Made by a program: the position numbers and the translations under genes. This document shows, piece after piece, positions 35,856-45,954 of a DNA stretch of 64,000 nucleotides. Positions within the stretch are counted from its first letter, which is position 1. Each line of letters opens with the position of its first letter. The stretch is from Candidatus Poribacteria bacterium (lineage in GTDB: Bacteria; Poribacteria; WGA-4E; WGA-3G). The stretch covers positions 1,472,001-1,536,000 of the forward strand of contig OZ244048.1 in assembly GCA_965215265.1 (NCBI GenBank), in the 5' to 3' direction. Under the pieces are notes generated by a model, which ran no database searches, was not told the origin of the DNA, and saw only the letters and a list, made by a program, of their open reading frames with translations.

Positions 35856-36752
35856 CTATTTGAGTGCTAATTGTCCAGCGAGAGCTGCGACGAATTGATA
35901 TGCAACACGTCCGGAACGTCCACTTGAGTTTGCTTCCCACTCCAAAGCAGTGCGATGTAATTTTTCCTTGGGCATGGCGAGTGCGTATTTTTGTGCGTAA
36001 TGCGTGACAATCTGTAAATAGGTATCTTGCGAAATCTGGTAGAAAGGGATGCGTAACCCGAACCGGTCGCTGAGTGAGACTTTCTCTTCTGTTGCTTCGC
36101 GAGGATATAATTCATCTTCGTCGTTCTGTGGAAATTGGTTATCCTGTACTTGTCGTGGCATCAGGTGCCTGCGATTTGAGGTAGCGTAAATAATTACGTT
36201 GTCAGGACATGCGGAGATGCCGCCTTCCAGCATCGCTTTCAATTCGCGATATTCGGGTTCGTCTTGACTGAAAGCCAGATCGTCACAAAATAGGATGTAG
36301 CGTTCCGGGCGTTCCCACAAAAGTTCTGCGATGTCTTGCAGGTGTGCCAATCCTTGTTTGCCAATTCCGACCAGCCGTAAGCCTTTATGTGCGTAGCGTG
36401 CTAACATTGCTTTAACGAGAGAAGATTTGCCGGTGCCCCGATCGCCCCAGAGGAGGGCATGGTTAGTGGGGAGTTGTTGTAGAAACTGCCTGGTATTCAT
36501 TTTTAACGCTGCAGATTGTGTTTCTATACCAATTAAGTCGGCACTATCAACAAGATGCGGATGTTTAACAGGAGTGAGGTGTCCTGTCCCGTTCTGCGTC
36601 CGCCAACGGAAAGCGATGTAATTGTCAAGGATTTCTTGTGTGTGTAAATGCGTTTGTTGACCATTCAAACGAGTGAGCAGGCTATCTGCTTTTTCAAGCA
36701 GTTGTGCAAAAAATGGCAGAACATCTTCGGGGTTCAATTTTTTTTCAGACAT
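35856..36752 (-). CDS. DUF815-family AAA+ ATPase
   Basis: LLWGDRGTGKSS, LFCDDL, YATSNRRHL, SLSDRFG, SGRVAYQF. Confidence 0.88.
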   Translation of the reverse strand: MSEKKLNPEDVLPFFAQLLEKADSLLTRLNGQQTHLHTQEILDNYIAFRWRTQNGTGHLTPVKHPHLVDSADLIGIETQSAALKMNTRQFLQQLPTNHALLWGDRGTGKSSLVKAMLARYAHKGLRLVGIGKQGLAHLQDIAELLWERPERYILFCDDLAFSQDEPEYRELKAMLEGGISACPDNVIIYATSNRRHLMPRQVQDNQFPQNDEDELYPREATEEKVSLSDRFGLRIPFYQISQDTYLQIVTHYAQKYALAMPKEKLHRTALEWEANSSGRSGRVAYQFVAALAGQLALK

Positions 36753-36761
36753 AATTTCCGG

Positions 36762-36923
36762 TTAACCACTGCTATCAGTTAGATTCAAGCTCTGTTTTAG
36801 CCCTTCAGTCAGTTCAAAGTCTCTGACAATTCTATTTCGTAGATGTATGCCGCGGCATTTGATACTCAACGCGAGCCTGAGGCCTCCTGCAAGCAGCTGC
36901 TGTGCAGTTCTGCTAAAAAGCAT
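36762..36923 (-). CDS. Possible small protein (53 aa), below the ORF-track cutoff
   Basis: GGAGGACACA-ATG; MLFSRTAQQLLAGGLRLAL...; stop 9 nt before the DUF815 start. Confidence 0.35.
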   Translation of the reverse strand: MLFSRTAQQLLAGGLRLALSIKCRGIHLRNRIVRDFELTEGLKQSLNLTDSSG

Positions 36924-37159
36924 TGTGTCCTCCATTGCGATTAAGCATCTTGTGACATCTGCTCGTTAGAATATAGGATAGTTTACCAAATGTGAAGGAA
37001 ATTTGTCAACCCAAATTTTCGGTTTGGAAATGCCCGATAAAGGGCAGTGTGTTAAATGGATTGCCCGTTTTTGTGCAGATTCAAGGCAGAGTTTACGGAA
37101 TTCTCTCAAGAAATTCGCTTTGAGCCACTGCGTGTCGGTATATCCAGCGTTTCTCGGTA

Positions 37160-37176
37160 TTGGCATATAAATTGCT
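37160..37176 (+). promoter_or_regulatory. Sigma54-type -24/-12 promoter
   Basis: TTGGCATATAAATTGCT with correct GG-N10-GC spacing, 50 nt before the likely ATG at 37227. Confidence 0.55.
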
Positions 37177-37226
37177 CAAATTCCATAAAAATTCATATTG
37201 TAATGGATGTTCCAAGGGGGCATTTA

Positions 37227-40127
37227 ATGAAAGAAACACTATTTTTCGTACTAACGTTTCTATTTTTAGGAGCCACTAGTTTGGCACAAGATTATACACG
37301 AATGAGTCTTCCTGACGGGGCTAAAGCGCGCATCGGCAAAGCATCTATCATTGATGTTAAATATTCTTCCGATGGCACGCGGCTCGCGGTAGCGAGTACA
37401 ATCGGCGTTTGGTTGTATGATACAAACAGATACCGCGAAATCGCTCTGCTTTCGGGGCACACGTGGGAGATAAGTGCAATGACGTTCTCTCCAGATGAAA
37501 ACGTGCTTGCTACTGCGAGTTATGATGATCCTGTTCGGTTATGGGATACCCAGACCGGTGAGCTTCGTACTGTGCTGCCAGGGTACGTTAGCTTGGTTGA
37601 GGGCTTGGCGTTTTCTCCGGATGGTAATATACTCGCGATAGCGAATGAGCAAGAAATCTTCTTGTGGGATGTAGAAACGGTGGAACGGCAGGCTGTTCTT
37701 CAAGCGCCTGCGGGACGTATTATTGCACTGACGTTTTCTTCGGATGGCAAAACTTTGGTGAGTGCCAGCTTGGGTGAAACGATTCAGATATGGGATGTTG
37801 ATACGGCAAAACTCCTGGCGACTTATGAAATAAGCTTAGGTAATTTCTCACAGGCCGTCTTGTCAAAGGAGAATAGAATCCTGGCTAGTGTTATTTGGAA
37901 TGACAGAAGGATTAAATTGTGGGACATTCATACCGGACAGCTTCGTGCTACACTAAGCGGGCATAAGTATCGGATTGATTCTCTGGCATTCTCACCAGAC
38001 GGTACTATGTTCGCGAGTGGAGGTGCTGGCTGGGATAATGCGGCGCGCCAAAATTTGGGGGAGATTCTGTTGTGGAATGCCTCGACCGGAGAACTCCGTA
38101 AAACCTTCACAATACCGACAGTGACAATTAAAGCAGTGACATTCTCACCCGATGGAAAGACGTTGGTAAGTGCAAGTTCAGATAAGATTTGGCTTTGGGA
38201 GATGCAGACGGGTGCGCTGCAAGGGACAGTAGAAGGGTATACGCGGGGTGCAGACGCAATAGCATTTTCCCCGGATGGCGAAACCCTTGCGAGCGGAAGT
38301 GGAAACGAGGTCCGGTTGTGGGATGCACAGACAGGTGAACATCGTGCTAAACTCGCGGAGCATTGGCTCGTTGTCAAGTCCTTGGCCTTTTCACCGGATG
38401 GTGAGTTACTTGCGAGTGGGAGTGGAGAAGAAGCGATCATTTCACATGTTGAGACTGGGCGACAGCCTAAGTGGCTGAGTTTGAGAAGCAACTGGTCGAC
38501 TCCTGTCGCGTTTTCACCAGATGGTAAAACGCTCGCGATTCGGCGGTTTAGCGGTTCAATTTGGTTGCGGGATCGAGATACTGGAGAATTGCAGCGTGCC
38601 CTCGGGGGAAAGGAGTATTACGTTGAGGTGCAAGCATTTTCCCCGGACGGAAAAACGCTGGCGACTGCAGGTTCAGATGGCGAGATTTGGTTATGGAATG
38701 TAAAGACGGGTGAACTCCAAGATACACTCTTAGGAAATACGGATAGGATTTATAGTTTAGCCTTCTCGCCGGACGGAAAAATGCTGGCGAGTACAGGACG
38801 AAATGAAACGATTCGGTTGTGGGATGCAGAGACGGGCAGACTCCGGGAGGTTCTTAGTGGGCATAGAGCGCCTGTATACGCTATAGCATTTTCGCCAGAT
38901 GGCTGCCTACTTGCGAGTGGGAGTGGCGATGCTACGATTCGATTGTGGGATGTCGATTCTCGGTGCTATCGTGCAACACTCTTAGGACACTCAGATGGTG
39001 TCTCCGCTCTGGCATTTTCGCCAGATGGCCGTACGCTTTCAAGTGGTAGTTGGGACGGTAGCATTTTATTATGGGAATTACCCCTATCTCCTTCTGCTTT
39101 CGTCAGTATTACGCCTTCCGTTATGGAGGCACCACCGGTTGAAGAGCAGATACAGGTTAATGTTGACATTCGCGGTGGGCAAAGCGTTCGCGGGTATGAG
39201 TTGACCGTGGCGTTTGATAGTAGTGCACTCCGCTATGTTTCCGCAATTAACGGGGACTACCTGCCTGGTAATTGTTTTTTTGTACCACCGATCGTGCGGC
39301 AAAATCGCGTCACGGTTGTTGCAACTTCGCCAAACGGAGTTGGTGATGGTGATGGGACTCTCGCAACCCTCACGTTTGAGGTTGTTGCACGTAAAACCTC
39401 AAACATCGTTCTCTTTGAGGTAATGCTCTCTGATAGTAGTGGGGAAGCCTTACCGATATTCGTTAAAAGCGGGTGGATGACTGAGCCGCGATGGGATGTT
39501 AACTTTGATGGGTACGTGAATATCCAAGATTTAGCACTTGTTGCGTCGCGTTTCGGGCGGGCTGACTTCACTGAGTCAGATATCAATGGTGATGGTGTCG
39601 TTGATATAGCGGACCTGGTGCTGGTTGCGAGTGGATTGGATGCGGCTGCGGGCGCGCCTTCACAAAAGCAGATACAGATAATCCGTAGTATCAATCCTAC
39701 TGAAATCGAAAGGTGGATTCGTTTGGCACGACAATATGACGGTAGGGAAAAAGCCGAGCCGATGTTTCAGCAAGGGGTTGCTGTGCTTGGAAAATTGTTA
39801 GCCATCTTGACGACGACAAAAGCAACAGTTCCCACTCAAACGGTTCTATTCCCAAACTACCCTAATCCGTTTAATCCGGAGACGTGGATAGCGTATCAAT
39901 TAGCAGAGGCAGCGGATGTGACGCTGACTATTTACGATGTGAACGGAAAGGTAGTGAGGAGATTGATACGTGGGCATCAGCTTGCAGGCATGTATTACAA
40001 ACGAGGACGTGCGGCGTATTGGAATGGACGAAATGCTTTCGGTGAGCGTGTCGCAAGTGGTCTCTATTTTTATACGTTAACAGCAGGAGAGTTCACTGCT
40101 ACTCGGCGAATGTTGATTAGAAAGTGA
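37227..40127 (+). CDS. Secreted WD40-repeat protein with cohesin-like, dockerin-like and FlgD/T9SS-like C-terminal domains
   Basis: Signal peptide MKETLFFVLTFLFLGATSLA; many FSPDG..LAS....IRLWD repeats; DVNFDGYVNIQDL/DINGDGVVDIADL; PNYPNPFNPETWI. Confidence 0.9.
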   Translation: MKETLFFVLTFLFLGATSLAQDYTRMSLPDGAKARIGKASIIDVKYSSDGTRLAVASTIGVWLYDTNRYREIALLSGHTWEISAMTFSPDENVLATASYDDPVRLWDTQTGELRTVLPGYVSLVEGLAFSPDGNILAIANEQEIFLWDVETVERQAVLQAPAGRIIALTFSSDGKTLVSASLGETIQIWDVDTAKLLATYEISLGNFSQAVLSKENRILASVIWNDRRIKLWDIHTGQLRATLSGHKYRIDSLAFSPDGTMFASGGAGWDNAARQNLGEILLWNASTGELRKTFTIPTVTIKAVTFSPDGKTLVSASSDKIWLWEMQTGALQGTVEGYTRGADAIAFSPDGETLASGSGNEVRLWDAQTGEHRAKLAEHWLVVKSLAFSPDGELLASGSGEEAIISHVETGRQPKWLSLRSNWSTPVAFSPDGKTLAIRRFSGSIWLRDRDTGELQRALGGKEYYVEVQAFSPDGKTLATAGSDGEIWLWNVKTGELQDTLLGNTDRIYSLAFSPDGKMLASTGRNETIRLWDAETGRLREVLSGHRAPVYAIAFSPDGCLLASGSGDATIRLWDVDSRCYRATLLGHSDGVSALAFSPDGRTLSSGSWDGSILLWELPLSPSAFVSITPSVMEAPPVEEQIQVNVDIRGGQSVRGYELTVAFDSSALRYVSAINGDYLPGNCFFVPPIVRQNRVTVVATSPNGVGDGDGTLATLTFEVVARKTSNIVLFEVMLSDSSGEALPIFVKSGWMTEPRWDVNFDGYVNIQDLALVASRFGRADFTESDINGDGVVDIADLVLVASGLDAAAGAPSQKQIQIIRSINPTEIERWIRLARQYDGREKAEPMFQQGVAVLGKLLAILTTTKATVPTQTVLFPNYPNPFNPETWIAYQLAEAADVTLTIYDVNGKVVRRLIRGHQLAGMYYKRGRAAYWNGRNAFGERVASGLYFYTLTAGEFTATRRMLIRK

Positions 40128-40279
40128 AATACTATGGATTTACCGGTGCGAACCGAGCATCTTTCCCACCCACGGGGTAGTTGATTGACCAGATTAACTA
40201 GCCCGGTGTTGACGTTAAATCAGGCAATGTTGTAAATATCTCATATTGGCAAAAATGCGCCAACCCAAATTTATGATTC

Positions 40280-40825
40280 TCAATCAGATTCCCATATCTG
40301 TTCTGGTGCGTTTGCACGGTAGTTGACGGTACGTGCAAGCATGAATAACAGATCTGAAAGGCGATTGAGGCTCCGGAGTAACTCAGGATTCAGATGCGCT
40401 TTGTTGGCTATTTCGACGACGGCACGTTCGCTTCTGCGGCAGACGGTACGTGCAATGTGTAAAACAGCACCGCCGGGGCATCCTCCGGGTAAAATGAAAT
40501 GCGTGAGGGGTGGGAGTTCCGCTGAGAGTTTGTCAATGGCGTGCTCCATCTCGGTTGTGAAGTGCTCTGAGATACGCAATTCGGCTGATTTTGAATGAGA
40601 GTCGGGTGTTGCTAAATCAGCGCCGAGTGCGAAGAGATGGTTCTGAATTCGGTTCAGTAGCGCGTTCACTTCATCATCGTCAATAAGAGATTGCGCGTAA
40701 CCGATATAAGCATTCAATTCGTCGACTGCGCCGATCGCGTGAATTCGCAGTGCATCTTTTCGGATTCGCGTGCCGCCGTAGAGGGCAGTGTCACCAGAAT
40801 CGCCAAATTTAGTGTAGATTTTCAT
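40280..40825 (-). CDS. PduO-type cob(I)alamin adenosyltransferase
   Basis: KIYTKFGDSGDT, GAVDELN, FILPGG, RTVCRRSER, LNRLSDLLF. Confidence 0.93.
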   Translation of the reverse strand: MKIYTKFGDSGDTALYGGTRIRKDALRIHAIGAVDELNAYIGYAQSLIDDDEVNALLNRIQNHLFALGADLATPDSHSKSAELRISEHFTTEMEHAIDKLSAELPPLTHFILPGGCPGGAVLHIARTVCRRSERAVVEIANKAHLNPELLRSLNRLSDLLFMLARTVNYRANAPEQIWESD

Positions 40826-40903
40826 ATCTATTTATTTTATACTATCTGGGCAGCAGACTGCAAGTTAATCCTAATATAGAGAAGAAAAGGAGCAATACGA
40901 ATT

Positions 40904-42232
40904 ATGGGGGCTGTCATTGATAACGTCAACGTCGTCGATCTTCGTGTGCCGACATCCGATACGTTGTTAGGTTCCGATCCATTTCATAAAAAACCGAATT
41001 ATTCTGCGGTGCTAACAACGTTGAAGACTGACACTGGGCTTAGAGGGATTTCGGTAGCGTTTACTGCAGGTGCTGGCAATGACTGGATTGCCTACGGTGT
41101 CAAAGATCTTGCGCAGCTGGTTATCGGAATGGATATTGACACGTTCATCGCCGATCCGGGGGCGTTTCACAAACTCCTGATAGACCATCATCAACTGCGT
41201 TGGCTCGCTGATGGTGTGAATCGGATGGCGGTTGGAAGTCTTGTGAATGCGATGTGGGACCTCTGGGCAAAACAGTTGGGGAAACCGATGTGGAAATTGC
41301 TGGTTGACCTGCGCCCGGAACAAATTGTGCAGAGCATTGATTGGCGGTATCTGCGCGATGCGTTGACTCCGGATGAAGCGTTGGCGCTCTTGCATGCAAA
41401 TTTGGAGCGTCGCCATGAACGTGAACGGGTGCTTTGTGAACACGGTCCCAAAGCCTACTCCACTGCCGGTTGGCTTGGACTCACCGATGCCCAAATTATT
41501 GAGACGGTCAATCAGGTCAAAGCAGTCGGTTTTGATTGCTTCAAGATGAAGGTAGGACAAGATTTGGCCTTTGATAAGAAGCGACTCACTTTTATCCGAG
41601 AAGCGATTGGGCAAGGGGCACGCTTAATGCTGGACGCAAACCAGATTTGGGGTGTGGATGAGGCTATCGTGTATATGGAAGAATTGACGCGGTTTAATCC
41701 GACGTGGATTGAAGAGCCCACGGCGCGTGATGATGTGCTTGGATTCGTGAAAATTGCACGTGCGTTAGCACCACACGGAATCGGGGTGGCAGCCGGTGAA
41801 CAGGTGCCTTCATCTGTTATTTTTAAGCAGCTGCTCACGAGTGGTGGTATCCAATATTGTCAGATCGATGCGACGCGCTTGGGTGGTGTCAACGACGTTT
41901 TGGCTGTTATCTTAATCGCCGCAAAGTTTAACGTTCCGGTATGTCCACACGGTGGCGGTATCGGATTATGCAATATGATTCAGCATTATGCTATGTGGGA
42001 TCAGATTTGTGTCGCAGGGCATTCGGATACGCAGCTAGTAGAGTATCTCAACTTTCTCCAGGACGCGGTTTTCCTTCACCCGATTCAGGTTCGCGACGGT
42101 GCGTATATCGCGCCGACAGTACCCGGCTGGGGGCTTGAGATGCATGAAGACTTTATTGAAACACACACTTATCCGACAGGTTCAGTCTGGCAAGGCAGAG
42201 AGGCAGCTGGGGGTGTGACGTTTCTGGCATAA
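40904..42232 (+). CDS. L-fuconate dehydratase-like enolase-superfamily enzyme
   Basis: DLRVPTS...GSD, FKMKVG, MLDANQ, WIEEP, GE, VCPHGGG. Confidence 0.85.
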   Translation: MGAVIDNVNVVDLRVPTSDTLLGSDPFHKKPNYSAVLTTLKTDTGLRGISVAFTAGAGNDWIAYGVKDLAQLVIGMDIDTFIADPGAFHKLLIDHHQLRWLADGVNRMAVGSLVNAMWDLWAKQLGKPMWKLLVDLRPEQIVQSIDWRYLRDALTPDEALALLHANLERRHERERVLCEHGPKAYSTAGWLGLTDAQIIETVNQVKAVGFDCFKMKVGQDLAFDKKRLTFIREAIGQGARLMLDANQIWGVDEAIVYMEELTRFNPTWIEEPTARDDVLGFVKIARALAPHGIGVAAGEQVPSSVIFKQLLTSGGIQYCQIDATRLGGVNDVLAVILIAAKFNVPVCPHGGGIGLCNMIQHYAMWDQICVAGHSDTQLVEYLNFLQDAVFLHPIQVRDGAYIAPTVPGWGLEMHEDFIETHTYPTGSVWQGREAAGGVTFLA

Positions 42233-42350
42233 TTGTCTCAATATCTTAGTGTCTGCGACTCATACAGAGTGCTGCGATTGTAAAAAACTGAATGAATCTT
42301 TTCATGATTGACTTTACTTCTTCCTGCTCTGAAAAAGAGGTCTGATTGCC

Positions 42351-42632
42351 CTACTCTTCTGAAGGTTTCAACTGTTTCTTGATATCTGCCAACGTGTCGT
42401 GAATAGCGAAGAGAATAATCAAGAGTTCACAAAAGAGACGTAGAGCAATTGGACCAAAAATAAGACACCCAATTCCGAGAAAGGTCATATTTATAGCATC
42501 TATATGGTCTTCGCTGCCAAATCCGATATTGATTAGAGCGATACCTGCGAGGATACAGATAATAACCCCGGTCCAAAACAGAATTGGGATAATTGGCGTA
42601 ATCAGTTTCTTGAGTTTTAGAAAATCTTTCAT
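42351..42632 (-). CDS. DUF4282-like small membrane protein
   Basis: KLITPIIPILFW...GPIALRLFCELLIILFAIHDTL; two TM segments. Confidence 0.7.
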   Translation of the reverse strand: MKDFLKLKKLITPIIPILFWTGVIICILAGIALINIGFGSEDHIDAINMTFLGIGCLIFGPIALRLFCELLIILFAIHDTLADIKKQLKPSEE

Positions 42633-42664
42633 GTTCAGTTTCGCCTATCTAATATTTGTGAAAT

Positions 42665-43429
42665 TTAGGATCTGTTTTTGGCAGTTTCTGCGCGTTCTTG
42701 ATATTCGGCTGCCCCCGCTGCGATCCACGCCCCAATGCCCGTCATGAGGAATTGAACGCCTGCGTTGACGTATTTTTCAACGGTGGCGTTAGTTGTAAGG
42801 GTACCTGCGACGCGTCCGGCGGCTTGGATACGTGCCAAGGCAGCATCGATGGTGGTTTGAACGTCCGGGTGTGTATAGTTGCCGATGTATCCCATAGAGG
42901 TGGCTAAATCCGATGGCGCAACGAAGAATACGTCGATGTGTTCTACCGTTAGAATTTCGTCCAAGTTGTTGATAGCGGTGATGTCTTCAATTAAGACGAC
43001 GAGAAGCGTCTGTGAATTGGCCACGTCAAAATAGTTGTCTACCCCGTAGCCTTGTCTGCTGGTAAACATCCCGCGGTGTCCAATGGGTGCGAATTTGCCT
43101 CCGGAGACGACGTTTTGTGCTTCGGCTTTGGTATTGACATGCGGTACGGCGATGCCCATCGCGCCGCAGTCCAGGGTTCGGTAGATGAGCCCTTGGTCGT
43201 TCCGGTTGACGCGGACGAGGGATGTCATTGCCCAGAGATCGCAGGCACGCGTCAGATCTCCGATTTGCGCAGCATCGACCTTGCCGTGTTCGCCTTCCAG
43301 CCACACGCCGTCAAATCCGAGGGGTCCGAGAGCATCTATATCATCAGAGCTCGTCAATCCGGAGACGACGTACGCGAGTTTTCCGTCTGCCAATTTCTGC
43401 TTGATTCGATTGGGTCGCAGTGTTGCCAC
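42665..43429 (-). CDS. HpcH/HpaI aldolase family
   Basis: WLEGEHG, LVRV, LDCGA, VPHV, LIED, FVAPSDL; likely GTG start at 43429. Confidence 0.9.
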   Translation of the reverse strand: MATLRPNRIKQKLADGKLAYVVSGLTSSDDIDALGPLGFDGVWLEGEHGKVDAAQIGDLTRACDLWAMTSLVRVNRNDQGLIYRTLDCGAMGIAVPHVNTKAEAQNVVSGGKFAPIGHRGMFTSRQGYGVDNYFDVANSQTLLVVLIEDITAINNLDEILTVEHIDVFFVAPSDLATSMGYIGNYTHPDVQTTIDAALARIQAAGRVAGTLTTNATVEKYVNAGVQFLMTGIGAWIAAGAAEYQERAETAKNRS

Positions 43430-43583
43430 TATGTTTCTCCTATTAGGTCGCTGGTTTTGAAGTCTAGGGTAACATGAATCGCAAATGTTGTCCACTTAAA
43501 TCCGCTTATTCGTCTTGATCGGTTTCATCATCTTCAGGTTGCCCCTCTGTAAAAATTACTTATCGCGACCGCTTATCAGATGT

Positions 43584-44354
43584 TTATGCAGGTGTCTCTG
43601 TTGTTCTTTCGCCCTCTGATTCTTGTGCTATCCATGCTTTCAAATGTGAGCGTGAGATACTAATCGTCCATATCCCCGTCGCATCAGACTTTTTAGCGTT
43701 CCAGCCTTTCGCCCGCATCCTCTTTTTAAGTAGAGTATCCGGCTGTGTGCCTTGACTATGCCAATATTCCCATAAACCCCCAATCTCTTTGTTCCCACGC
43801 GCAACGAGGACTTCTTCACCATCTATTATCTCTGGTTTGAGTGTGGCACCTTCATACGTTACAGCACCCCCACGTACTGGCTTAGAGACGATATTGAACT
43901 TGGGAGCAGGAAGCGAGTCCCCGATTTGCAACAACTCAATTTCCACACCGAAGAACCGAAGATCTTCTCCTGTGATTCTATTCAGCCAATCAAGGGCAGC
44001 GCGATGTCCATCCCTGAATTTCTTTGCGATCCAAATGATAGTCGCTGCCTCCAGCCCTGCGGCCTCCAGCCCTGCGGCATACGTCAGGATCTGTCCAAGG
44101 TGCTTGTGGTTTGTCTTATCTAACTGATTCTCTATGAGCACGCGTGAACCGTCCACTGTATTCCGGCAGACGAGATCTGCGCGGAAATCTCCGATGTCTA
44201 TCTCTTGTGCCTCTAGTTCAAATTCCATGTTCAAGGTTCTAGCGAGGAAAGATAGGTTCTCTTCCTCTGCTAACCAAGGTGTGAAGTGACCAGGTTCTGT
44301 TTTCCAAATTCCTTGTAAGTCAACAGATTTAAGGCGGCTAATTTCTTTATGCAT
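43584..44354 (-). CDS. PD-(D/E)XK nuclease-like protein (N-terminal domain typical of DUF4268 proteins) with atypical C-terminus
   Basis: HFTPWLA, RADLVC, VLIENQLDKTNHKHLGQILTYAAG, ALDWLN, FFGVEIEL. Confidence 0.7.
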   Translation of the reverse strand: MHKEISRLKSVDLQGIWKTEPGHFTPWLAEEENLSFLARTLNMEFELEAQEIDIGDFRADLVCRNTVDGSRVLIENQLDKTNHKHLGQILTYAAGLEAAGLEAATIIWIAKKFRDGHRAALDWLNRITGEDLRFFGVEIELLQIGDSLPAPKFNIVSKPVRGGAVTYEGATLKPEIIDGEEVLVARGNKEIGGLWEYWHSQGTQPDTLLKKRMRAKGWNAKKSDATGIWTISISRSHLKAWIAQESEGERTTETPA

Positions 44355-44371
44355 TTAGTGCTGCTCCTTTG

Positions 44372-44998
44372 TTAAAAGCGGCGTTTTGCGGATTCCACTT
44401 GATCCAAGTGGCATTTTTTATACTTCTTGCCACTACCACAAGGACATAGGTCATTTCTGCCAGGGTTATCCTCCACAAAATTGACAATTTCAGCGCGGTA
44501 CTCTTTGATCCCTTCGGCACCATGCGAGTATTCTTCCCAAAGGTTATTTCTGCTAGCCTCAATGCCGAATTTCTCTACATAAGAAAGACGATAAAAAAAT
44601 GGAATTACAAATTCGTTAATAAAAGGTTTAATTCTAAAAACTCGGTTATCCGGGCATTTAATGCCTAGACAACAAGTGTTATCCACTGAATTGATGTGCA
44701 AATCAATGATGTCAATGTTGCATTTTTGAGCGATTTTCTGGTGCCGCCCACCAACTTCATAGACTTTTGGCCATCCATTCGCATCAGTACACCCCAAGCA
44801 AATCTCAATTTCAAAAACATCGCGAATCAAAAAGTCTGTTTCTTTGTCAACATTAACAATTATCAATTTTCCTAATTCGTTATTGTATGTGGCACAAAAA
44901 TCAAGTTCTCCGACTATTTTTTCGGAGGGTGCCTCATAGTATAGGTTTGGAAAAAGCAAATCTAACCATTCTATCTCGCTAGTATTTATCTTCATCAC
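44372..44998 (-). CDS. Prokaryotic E2/UBC-like protein with C-terminal SEC-C Zn motif (CBASS accessory)
   Basis: FEIEI...WPKVYEVGG...DLHINSVDNTCCLG (HxN...CL E2-like site); GRNDLCPCGSGKKYKKCH. Confidence 0.7.
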   Translation of the reverse strand: MMKINTSEIEWLDLLFPNLYYEAPSEKIVGELDFCATYNNELGKLIIVNVDKETDFLIRDVFEIEICLGCTDANGWPKVYEVGGRHQKIAQKCNIDIIDLHINSVDNTCCLGIKCPDNRVFRIKPFINEFVIPFFYRLSYVEKFGIEASRNNLWEEYSHGAEGIKEYRAEIVNFVEDNPGRNDLCPCGSGKKYKKCHLDQVESAKRRF

Positions 44999-45003
44999 AA
45001 AAA

Positions 45004-45954
45004 TTACCGTGCGTAGGGCTTCGCAGGGGTGACTATGATTGGTGCAGCCCCCTTGTTTCTGTTATTATTTTTAAGTTCTCCGAAATTGTCACCAAACAAT
45101 TCTCTCCACTTCCTAACACTAGTATTATGGTCCTTAGCTTCAAATGCTTTGTTTATCTTATCGTTATAAAGGTCAAACATGTCCCGAAAATTGCGATATT
45201 TATCTTGATCCCAATGCCGAGTGAAGTTTTCTGTCAGAAGCACCGGATTGCATATTTTCGGCACTAACACATTATCCTGCAAGAAAAAGTTAATCCGATT
45301 TGAAACCGTTTTTAAGGCCGTCGGGATGTCTGTAAAACCTTCACTATCTTCATCACTGGTAACAACAGTGTTGCCAATGAGTGTGGTTAGGAGGATTGAT
45401 TTTACTGAAAAGTTACCTTTGTGGTCTCGCAGATATTTTAACAATCGCGTAACCCGTCTTAGATGTCCATCAGTAATCTTCGTTTTCGCGTTAAACCAAT
45501 CTCTATATCCGATGCCATCAGTGACTTCAAACTTATTTTTCTTGTTATTGCAGATATAATATTCTTCCTCAAGCGTAATGCAAGAAACTAAATCTAAGTG
45601 GAAGTCTCCGGCATAATCGATATAAACGCACCGAGTTTTTCTATGTACCTTATCCTCATATTTTTTATTTTCTCGCAAACAGTCGTAAACAGCGTTTATA
45701 TAGTCCTTAGGTCCTTTGTTCTTATCTTTTTTTATATATAACAACATGTCAGCATCGTACTCTCGATTCCCAACAGGTTTGATGATTGTCTGCAAACCGT
45801 AAGAACCTTGTCGTTCCGTTTTTTCATACCCATCTAAATTCCCACGGAGGTAAGTTTCCACCGCTGCGGAACTATCATTTAACCTTTGCAATCGCGTTTC
45901 ATTGAGATTAACTTCGGTAGAGAGAAACTCTTGAAAATACTTGATATGTTTCAT
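45004..45954 (-). CDS. CD-NTase (cGAS/DncV-like, SMODS nucleotidyltransferase)
   Basis: QGSYGLQTIIKP...EYDADML, RCVYIDYAGDFHLDLV, RLLKYLRD, KSILLTTL, WRELFGDNF. Confidence 0.88.
   Translation of the reverse strand: MKHIKYFQEFLSTEVNLNETRLQRLNDSSAAVETYLRGNLDGYEKTERQGSYGLQTIIKPVGNREYDADMLLYIKKDKNKGPKDYINAVYDCLRENKKYEDKVHRKTRCVYIDYAGDFHLDLVSCITLEEEYYICNNKKNKFEVTDGIGYRDWFNAKTKITDGHLRRVTRLLKYLRDHKGNFSVKSILLTTLIGNTVVTSDEDSEGFTDIPTALKTVSNRINFFLQDNVLVPKICNPVLLTENFTRHWDQDKYRNFRDMFDLYNDKINKAFEAKDHNTSVRKWRELFGDNFGELKNNNRNKGAAPIIVTPAKPYAR

Noticed and set aside
37266-39694. Many antisense ORFs within the WD40 gene (and similar shadows elsewhere)
   Set aside because: Shadow frames of well-supported genes with no motifs of their own.
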